A stretch of 25,511 nt of DNA, taken from positions 1 to 25,511 of the IMG/VR virus record IMGVR_UViG_3300044267_002889; one strand, given 5' to 3'. Within the stretch, counting starts at the first letter, position 1; each line of letters starts with the position of its first letter. The position numbers and the translations under genes are program-made. The DNA is from a virus. Its lineage: Duplodnaviria; Caudoviricetes. Shown one piece after another: positions 17,797 through 24,088 of this stretch. Under the pieces are notes generated by a model. That model saw nothing but the letters and a program-made list of their open reading frames with translations, did no database searches and was not told the DNA's origin.

Positions 17797-18850
17797 TTCT
17801 CCACCACCTTATTCGGCAGCACAGTTTTTATCTAGATGCCCACTCTATTGTAGTTTTGATGATGTTTTGTTGGTTCCGCACTACTCGGATGTTGAAAGCA
17901 GAAAATCCTTATCAACCACCAACAATCTAGGCAGCATCAAACTCGGATTACCAATCATCTCTAGTCCGATGGATACAGTTACTGAGTTGAAGATGGCTTA
18001 TGCTATGCACACTAACGGAGGACTTGGTATCATCCACAGGTATAATTCTATTGAAGAGCAAGTGGAGATTGCTAAAGGCACTCAGGTGGGGGAAGCAATC
18101 GTGGGCGCAGCCATCGGCGTAACTGGTGACTACCAAGAACGAGCACGAGAACTAGTCAATAGTGGTGCTAAGGTTTTGTGCGTTGATGTAGCGCATGGTC
18201 ACCACTCTATGATGCGTGATGCCCTAAAGCACTTGAAGGAGGAGTATGGAGGAGATGTTCACATTATGGCAGGGAATGTCGCAACGGGACAAGGTGGACT
18301 TGATCTTGCTCTTTGGGGGGCTGATAGTATCCGTGTTGGCATTGGCGGCGGCTCAATTTGTTCCACGAGATTAGTTAGCGGTCATGGCGTCCCCACCTTG
18401 CAATCCATCATTGATTGTGTGACTGCTGGATGCCCTGTCCCTATCATTGCAGATGGTGGTATGAAAACCAGTGGAGATGTCGTCAAGGCATTAGCTGCTG
18501 GCGCTGACTTTGTTATGCTCGGCTCAATGTTGGCTGGAACTGACCAAGCGCCCGGACAAGTATTTGACAACGGCAACAAAAAATATAAAGTCTACCGTGG
18601 TATGGCTTCAAGCGAAGCCCAAGTAAATTGGAGAGGAAAGACCTCAACACCAGAAGGAATCTCCACGACTATCCCATACAAGGGAGATGTCAATAATATC
18701 TTGGCTGACCTTAAGGGTGGTATCCAAAGCGGCATGTCTTACTCGGGAGCCAGAACAATCCAAGAGCTACAAGCCAAAGCCCAATTCACCCAGCAGACAT
18801 CAGCGGGAAGAGGCGAGAGTCACACACATATTCTGTCAAGGAATAAATGA
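17789..18850 (+). CDS. IMPDH/GMP reductase family oxidoreductase lacking CBS domains
   Basis: FDDVLLVP, PIISSPMDTVT, GLGIIHR, DVAHGH, AGNVAT, catalytic loop GIGGGSICSTR, IADGG, GADFVMLGSMLAG, YRGMAS, PEG. Confidence 0.9.
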   Translation: MVNSPPPYSAAQFLSRCPLYCSFDDVLLVPHYSDVESRKSLSTTNNLGSIKLGLPIISSPMDTVTELKMAYAMHTNGGLGIIHRYNSIEEQVEIAKGTQVGEAIVGAAIGVTGDYQERARELVNSGAKVLCVDVAHGHHSMMRDALKHLKEEYGGDVHIMAGNVATGQGGLDLALWGADSIRVGIGGGSICSTRLVSGHGVPTLQSIIDCVTAGCPVPIIADGGMKTSGDVVKALAAGADFVMLGSMLAGTDQAPGQVFDNGNKKYKVYRGMASSEAQVNWRGKTSTPEGISTTIPYKGDVNNILADLKGGIQSGMSYSGARTIQELQAKAQFTQQTSAGRGESHTHILSRNK

Positions 18851-19191
18851 GCGACGAACACGAGATAGACTATGGCAATCTCAACAAGGTCATCCAGTTT
18901 AAGGAGACTGACAAGAGACACGCCGACCTACGCATTCGCCTACACTATGATGGATTCTATCAGGGCGAGTTCTTCAGGGATATTGTGACTGGCTATCTCA
19001 GTGGTGACAAAGACCTCATCGCATTCGTAGACAAGATTAAAGAAGAGAAGAGAAAGTATAGTAAGGGAAGACTTTTAAAAGGCAAGTCTGTTCGTAAGAA
19101 GTCAAGGGAAGTGAAAAAACAATTTGCTCTAAGAGAGGAAGAACTTGAGAGCATCTTTGATATTATTGAACAGGAGTTTCCAGACTTATGA
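18847..19191 (+). CDS. Hypothetical protein (possible ribbon-helix-helix-like DNA-binding N-terminus)
   Basis: ATGA overlaps on both sides; strand-helix-helix-like pattern KVIQFKE / RHADLRIRL / QGEFFRDIVTGYL. The fold is a weak guess. Confidence 0.55.
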   Translation: MSDEHEIDYGNLNKVIQFKETDKRHADLRIRLHYDGFYQGEFFRDIVTGYLSGDKDLIAFVDKIKEEKRKYSKGRLLKGKSVRKKSREVKKQFALREEELESIFDIIEQEFPDL

Positions 19192-19457
19192 AATGTTATA
19201 AACAATGTGAATCAGCCAATGCAAGTTGTGAGGAAAGACAGTGTAGATTGTGGATAGATTATGACAACGACCTAAACTGCACGATGGTTGCGATTAATAA
19301 ACATCCAGAGGGTAATATGACCTTGCGTGAGGTAGCCGATAGGCTCGGAGTTTCCTTTGTCAGGATAAAACAAATAGAAGAAAAAGCCCTCAACAAACTA
19401 GGTATTACAGGAAAAGGATTAAGAAAGTTCTTAGAGAAAAACGAATCCGCATATTAA
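19188..19457 (+). CDS. Stand-alone sigma70 region-4 HTH protein with a Cys-rich N-terminus
   Basis: TLREVADRLGVSFVRIKQIEEKALNKL aligns with sigma70 region 4.2 (TLEEVG..F.VTRERIRQIE.KALRKL); five N-terminal Cys. Confidence 0.8.
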   Translation: MKCYKQCESANASCEERQCRLWIDYDNDLNCTMVAINKHPEGNMTLREVADRLGVSFVRIKQIEEKALNKLGITGKGLRKFLEKNESAY

Positions 19458-19548
19458 GAGCATAATTTTATAATGCTTTTTAGAATTCGTATTACTATTT
19501 ATTAATGATTTTGTTTCGTTTTTTTATAAACACAAGGAGATATTAGAA

Positions 19549-20238
19549 ATGAAAAAGGATAATATGTTGAATGAAAGCACAATCCGTCGCTTTATGAAAC
19601 TTGCTACAATTGACGGACTTAGTGACAAATTCGTCGATGAAAAACTTCATGAGTCTGAGGAACAAGAACTTGAAGAAAGAGGCATGAAGCCAAAGCGTGA
19701 TGACGAAGAAATGCGCGAAGGCGAAGAGGAAATCGAAGAAGCTAAAGACGACGATGAAATGCGCGAAGGGGCTGACGAAGACCTTGAAGAGGGCAAGCAC
19801 GACGATGATGAGATGCGTGAAGGTGCCGACGAAGAACTCGACGAGATGAGAGACGAGAAAGAAGATATGGATGAAGTTTCCATTGAAGAAGAAGAAATGG
19901 AAATGGACATGGACCTTGATATGGATGCAGAAGAGCCAGCCGCTGGCGGAATGGTTTCTGTTGACCAGCTAATGTCTGCTCTTGAAAAAGCACTTGAGGA
20001 TGTCCTCGGTCAAGAAGTTGAAGTCTCTCAAGATGACGATGAGATGGAAATGGACATGGATATGGACATGGATGCTGCCGATGACGCAGAACCAGCGATG
20101 GACTTAGGCGATGACGCAGAAGAAGATGAAGAGGAATTGGATCTCGACGAGGCTACTCCTAAGACAGATGTCGTAGAAGAAGTCTACGCCCGTGTCATCC
20201 AAAGACTCACGCAAGAAACAAAATCAAATAAGAAGTAA
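19549..20238 (+). CDS. Highly acidic repeat protein, possible prohead scaffold/internal protein
   Basis: AAGGAG RBS; Asp/Glu-dominated; DDDEMREG repeats; short amphipathic terminal helices. Confidence 0.7.
   Translation: MKKDNMLNESTIRRFMKLATIDGLSDKFVDEKLHESEEQELEERGMKPKRDDEEMREGEEEIEEAKDDDEMREGADEDLEEGKHDDDEMREGADEELDEMRDEKEDMDEVSIEEEEMEMDMDLDMDAEEPAAGGMVSVDQLMSALEKALEDVLGQEVEVSQDDDEMEMDMDMDMDAADDAEPAMDLGDDAEEDEEELDLDEATPKTDVVEEVYARVIQRLTQETKSNKK
19699..19860 (+). repeat. Degenerate tandem coding repeat (DDxEMREG..E.(L/I)(E/D)E)
   Basis: atgcgcgaaggc at 19711, atgcgcgaaggg at 19759, atgcgtgaaggt at 19813 (48- and 54-nt spacing), plus a partial fourth copy at 19846. Confidence 0.8.
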
Positions 20239-20245
20239 ATAGTAC

Positions 20246-20274
20246 TTGCATTTCTAATGTTTTTTTGGTATTAT
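20246..20274 (+). promoter_or_regulatory. sigma70-type promoter
   Basis: TTGCAT (20246-20251), 17 nt, TATTAT (20269-20274); intergenic. Confidence 0.6.
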
Positions 20275-20277
20275 ACA

Positions 20278-20310
20278 GGGGTGATCCGATATCGGGTCTC
20301 CCCTTTTTTT
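20278..20310 (+). terminator. Intrinsic terminator
   Basis: GGGGTGATCCG-ATAT-CGGGTCTCCCC (one mismatch, one G-U pair) followed by T7. Confidence 0.75.
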
Positions 20311-20323
20311 GTTTGGAGGTAAG

Positions 20324-20695
20324 ATGGAACTTTGGTTGGCTGCTTCTCTTTTCTTTGGTGGCGCTTTTTCTTTTTGGATTATGGCTAAGTTGATGGACTT
20401 GGGACATTCCTATACATTTGTTAAGGAGATGACTGACCAAATAGTTATGCTCTTGATATCTTGCTCTCAAGATGTTGCCTTCATAAAGCAGATGAAGTAT
20501 GAAACAATGGAGACAATGAATATTGATGAGGAGCAGATCAAACTTCTTAAGAGCATTGACAAGAAAACCTTTGAGGCTTGGCGAGACATCTGCTATTTGA
20601 AAATGGTTCAGGTCTACCCAAAGCAATATATAAAGATACTTGATGGCTATAACTGGAGCAAAGTAACTAAAAGCGTAGACGAGTTGTATAAGTAA
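20324..20695 (+). CDS. Hypothetical protein with an N-terminal membrane anchor
   Basis: GGAGG RBS (20315-20319) favours ATG 20324; hydrophobic LWLAASLFFGGAFSFWIMA. Confidence 0.7.
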   Translation: MELWLAASLFFGGAFSFWIMAKLMDLGHSYTFVKEMTDQIVMLLISCSQDVAFIKQMKYETMETMNIDEEQIKLLKSIDKKTFEAWRDICYLKMVQVYPKQYIKILDGYNWSKVTKSVDELYK

Positions 20696-20696
20696 A

Positions 20697-21008
20697 ATGC
20701 TGCACAAAAAAGATATATTGGAATTTATTAAAAGGTATGATAAGACTTTTGAAATAAAAGAAAATATTTATTATGCATCAAAAGCGTTTAAAACAAACTC
20801 GGTGATTAATTACTTAGGAGAGATGAAGGACGATGATAGCCTTCACTACGATGAAGCCGAACAGGTTTTGAATCTCTTAATAAAGTATCTTCGAGGCGAA
20901 GCAGATGTACTTTGGGACGAGGGTAAGGTACTTTTTAAACTATTAGAAGGAGCGCAACATGAGCAAGATAGTGACAGCGGAAAAGAAGAAGGGCAAGAAG
21001 AAAGTTGA
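20697..21008 (+). CDS. Hypothetical protein
   Basis: 103-aa ORF starting 1 nt after the upstream stop; no recognised motif. Confidence 0.6.
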   Translation: MLHKKDILEFIKRYDKTFEIKENIYYASKAFKTNSVINYLGEMKDDDSLHYDEAEQVLNLLIKYLRGEADVLWDEGKVLFKLLEGAQHEQDSDSGKEEGQEES

Positions 21009-21678
21009 AGAAGAGCCTGTAAAGGAAACCGAAGAAAGCAAAGAAGAGTTATCAGAAGAAGAACTTCAGCAAGAGTTGGAAGCCTTGATGTCTGCCATGG
21101 CAGGTCCTAAGCCATCACCAGCCTCTGAGCTTAGAGTAGCTCAACTATACGGCGAGATTGATGACAAGATGGCAACAGACATTATCTCAGCCTTTCTTAT
21201 CCTAAAAGAGTCAGGCAAAGAAGAAGTCCTAGAAGAAGGCAAGGAAGAACCAGAAACCATCTACCACCCATTTGAACTTATCATCTCTACCCCCGGCGGA
21301 ACTGCTGTTGATATGTTCTCCATCTATGATGTAATGAGACAGACAGAAGAGAAGTGTGAGATCCACACTTACGGGCTTGGTCGTGTGATGTCGGCTGGTG
21401 TTGTGCTCTTGGCAGCAGGCACCAAGGGCAAGCGCAAGATTGGTGCCAACTGTAGAGTAATGATACACAGTGTGATAGGTGGACATCACGGTTCCATAGA
21501 GAACCTAGAAAATGAGATGGAAGAGGTCCGTTGGATTCAGGAGCAGTATAACAAAGCACTCTGCGCTGAGACAGACCTGACACCAAGGATACTAAAGAAA
21601 CTATTGGCTCGCAATGTAAATGTATATCTCACAGCACAAGAAGCAGTTGAGTATGGCATCGCCGACATTATTGTTTGA
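20959..21678 (+). CDS. clpP: ClpP-like serine protease (peptidase S14)
   Basis: LYGEID, ISTPGG, IYDVM, G.VMSAG..LL.AG.KGKR, VMIH, YLTAQEAVEYGIAD; AAGGAG RBS; charged N-terminal extension. Confidence 0.88.
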   Translation: MSKIVTAEKKKGKKKVEEEPVKETEESKEELSEEELQQELEALMSAMAGPKPSPASELRVAQLYGEIDDKMATDIISAFLILKESGKEEVLEEGKEEPETIYHPFELIISTPGGTAVDMFSIYDVMRQTEEKCEIHTYGLGRVMSAGVVLLAAGTKGKRKIGANCRVMIHSVIGGHHGSIENLENEMEEVRWIQEQYNKALCAETDLTPRILKKLLARNVNVYLTAQEAVEYGIADIIV

Positions 21679-22234
21679 GGATAAAGAATGAAAGAGTTAC
21701 TAACAGAGTGGCGAAAGTTTGTAAATGAATACGAGGATGTTTATGATAGAGAGCAGTCCTACAGGAATGCCATTGCCAAGCCCGATACGACATTAGATAA
21801 TCTAATGAACGCTGTACTCAAAAAAGTCTTCACCATGTATGCATTTCTATACCCAGATGAAGCCAAAGATCTCAAGTTCTTTGCGCCGACTAAGCGTTCG
21901 CTCGGAGAAGGAGAGATGTATGTTAGACCAGAGATGCGTAAAATACTTGACTACACTTCCATCTGGTTTGAGAACCACGAAGTCCAAGAAGAAGACGAGG
22001 ACAAAGCAAAGGCACTAAAAACCTTTGTTGATTGGCTGGAAAGAAATGTGGATGAGATGATAGAGATAAACAATACAGAAGATTATGAAAATATTCTGCA
22101 ATCAAAGGCACACAATATTTTGCGACGGATCGCAGAAGATGAGACAGGCAACATGCTTGTAGCCTTGGGAGCACAACTAGATAAGTTTTAGAGGATAAAG
22201 AATGAAAGAACTACTAACAGAATGGAGAAGATTT
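21677..22234 (+). repeat. Direct repeat pair (~44 nt) covering the RBS and first 11 codons of two adjacent genes
   Basis: gaggataaagaatgaaagagttactaacagagtggcgaaagttt (21677-21720) vs gaggataaagaatgaaagaactactaacagaatggagaagattt (22191-22234). Confidence 0.85.
21688..22191 (+). CDS. Hypothetical protein with MKELLTEWRKFVNE leader
   Basis: GAGG RBS; 167 aa, acidic and helical. Confidence 0.8.
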   Translation: MKELLTEWRKFVNEYEDVYDREQSYRNAIAKPDTTLDNLMNAVLKKVFTMYAFLYPDEAKDLKFFAPTKRSLGEGEMYVRPEMRKILDYTSIWFENHEVQEEDEDKAKALKTFVDWLERNVDEMIEINNTEDYENILQSKAHNILRRIAEDETGNMLVALGAQLDKF

Positions 22235-22771
22235 CTAAATGAAGAAGAGGATGTTGGTGGAGGACTAACTGTCGGCACTGGCGGTATTGACTTTGGTAAA
22301 GTCGGCAAAGACCTAGAGGAATACACTATCGGCGAACTTGCTGAAATAGTTGCACAGGCTCGTAAGGATATCAAGGATGGAAAGGAGACAGGGAATACAG
22401 AGTTCGCCTTGAAGGTGGCAGGAAAATTTGTTTTGGCTTTTGACCCTACCCCCACTAGTGGTATCGCTGGTGCTCTTAAAGATGTTATGAATAGGGCAAA
22501 CAGGGAGATGGACAAAGACCTGCAAGCAGCCCAAGAGTTGGCTAAAAATCATCCCCTTTTGGACTATTTAAATGTTGACCCTCACCTTGCTGCCAAGATA
22601 GACAAGAGTGTGCTAAAAGACCTAGACAACAGATTTGATGAATACATCACCGCCCTCGACGATGATACTTTAGTAAGAGATATCAAAGATGTCGATGATT
22701 TTATCAGGGACGAAATAGAAGCAGACACCAACAGGAATGTCGTTATTAGAGACGAGAACCCAGAGGACTAA
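22202..22771 (+). CDS. Hypothetical protein with MKELLTEWRRFLNE leader
   Basis: Same RBS/leader as the upstream gene, unrelated body; 189 aa, acidic. Confidence 0.8.
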   Translation: MKELLTEWRRFLNEEEDVGGGLTVGTGGIDFGKVGKDLEEYTIGELAEIVAQARKDIKDGKETGNTEFALKVAGKFVLAFDPTPTSGIAGALKDVMNRANREMDKDLQAAQELAKNHPLLDYLNVDPHLAAKIDKSVLKDLDNRFDEYITALDDDTLVRDIKDVDDFIRDEIEADTNRNVVIRDENPED

Positions 22772-22772
22772 G

Positions 22773-24017
22773 ATGAAGGAACTAGACCAACTTGTAGAAA
22801 ACTTCTTCCAGCCTAAGCAAGATACACTTGGGCTAGATCAACTCGTTGAGATGGTTGAGGAAGTGGTGGGTGAAAGCAAAGCCACCAGCGAGCGACAGGA
22901 AAGTGCTTTCATAGATTTAATAAACTCTACTGCCAAAGATGTAGGGGATAGTGGTTATGATTTTTTTACTTTGGAGGTTGGCGACACCACCATAGAAGGC
23001 GTTACTGGTGCCTCAAAGAAAGAGGGAACAAACGACTATGGGAAAGAGCCTTACATCGACGTTGTGCTTCATACCACGAGTGGAGATCTCGGTCTTTCTA
23101 TGAAGGGCGGAACCTCCCCTGCTGTTATGGGAGCGGGAGCGGTTGGCGTCAACGCGCTCTACCCCAACCTCCTAAAGAACCTCGCTCCAAAAATCATACA
23201 GGCTTACGTAGAGGAGGGCTACGCAGAGGGAAAGGCTTGGACCGCAAATAAGAAATCAATGGAAAGGCTCGCCAGTAAGGTCCTAAAACTTACACTAAAG
23301 AAACCAAGAAAGCCAGCCCCTGACAACCCACGAGAAGAGGATAGGTATGAAAAACAAAGGGCTTTCTACGGGGCGAAGGTGGTGTTAAGAACAATAGATT
23401 CAAAAGGAGCAGTGGAGGAATACCCCCTATATCCAGACGCCCCGAGGAATAAGCAGTGGGGTCCAAAGGGACTCCCAAGCCAGTGGAGCGCTTCCAGAGA
23501 ATTCGCAACTATAGATAAAAGCGGTGGTCCAATCATCTATATCACATCTAAAATTCCCGGTATTGATGCCTCTACAGCCGAAATAGAGGGCGCAAAAGTT
23601 AAAGACATTTACTTTAAAATAGCAGATAAAGATTGTATTCGCAATTTGTTTGTGGGTAATGCTGCGCTAGGAGGTCCCATAGACTATCTTTATGTGGGAG
23701 AGTCTATGAATATTGATGGTGCCTTGGCAATGCCGCAAGACTCTGCCAACAGCCCACCAGTGCTTAAGGTGACATCCGATAAACTTTTGGACGTAGACGA
23801 ATTTGCTGAAAAATACACTGACGATCTTTACTTTAGGATTAGGAAAAGGGGATTTGATTCTGCCTTCACAGTCGCCACAACCGAGAAGGGAGGCATCGGC
23901 GGCTACAAAATATTTACTACTGGAAGATACTCAGGCGAAGGCGCGAGGATCGTTATTACTTTTAAGCCAAAAAACACAGCCGCCGTTCTCATTGGTGACG
24001 AAATAGAATCGTGTTAA
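22773..24017 (+). CDS. Hypothetical protein with a possible PD-(D/E)XK nuclease-like domain
   Basis: GAGG RBS favours ATG 22773 (MKELDQLVENFF); SERQE helix, then EPYIDVVL...LSMKG suggests an E...PD...(S)xK restriction-like core. Confidence 0.6.
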   Translation: MKELDQLVENFFQPKQDTLGLDQLVEMVEEVVGESKATSERQESAFIDLINSTAKDVGDSGYDFFTLEVGDTTIEGVTGASKKEGTNDYGKEPYIDVVLHTTSGDLGLSMKGGTSPAVMGAGAVGVNALYPNLLKNLAPKIIQAYVEEGYAEGKAWTANKKSMERLASKVLKLTLKKPRKPAPDNPREEDRYEKQRAFYGAKVVLRTIDSKGAVEEYPLYPDAPRNKQWGPKGLPSQWSASREFATIDKSGGPIIYITSKIPGIDASTAEIEGAKVKDIYFKIADKDCIRNLFVGNAALGGPIDYLYVGESMNIDGALAMPQDSANSPPVLKVTSDKLLDVDEFAEKYTDDLYFRIRKRGFDSAFTVATTEKGGIGGYKIFTTGRYSGEGARIVITFKPKNTAAVLIGDEIESC

Positions 24018-24031
24018 ATACAAAATAATAC

Positions 24032-24060
24032 TTGACAAACCCACCACAATAGACTATACT
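24032..24060 (+). promoter_or_regulatory. sigma70-type promoter for groEL
   Basis: TTGACA (24032-24037), 17 nt, TATACT (24055-24060); A-rich upstream sequence. Confidence 0.85.
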
Positions 24061-24088
24061 ATATCCACCAGACCACAACGAGGTAAAA

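Noticed and set aside
19699-19860. Possible CRISPR-like array
   Set aside because: The units are degenerate, in-frame, unevenly spaced coding repeats with synonymous variation and no distinct spacers.
19543-19993. Ser-rich minus-strand ORFs
   Set aside because: Antisense of the GAA/GAT-rich acidic gene.
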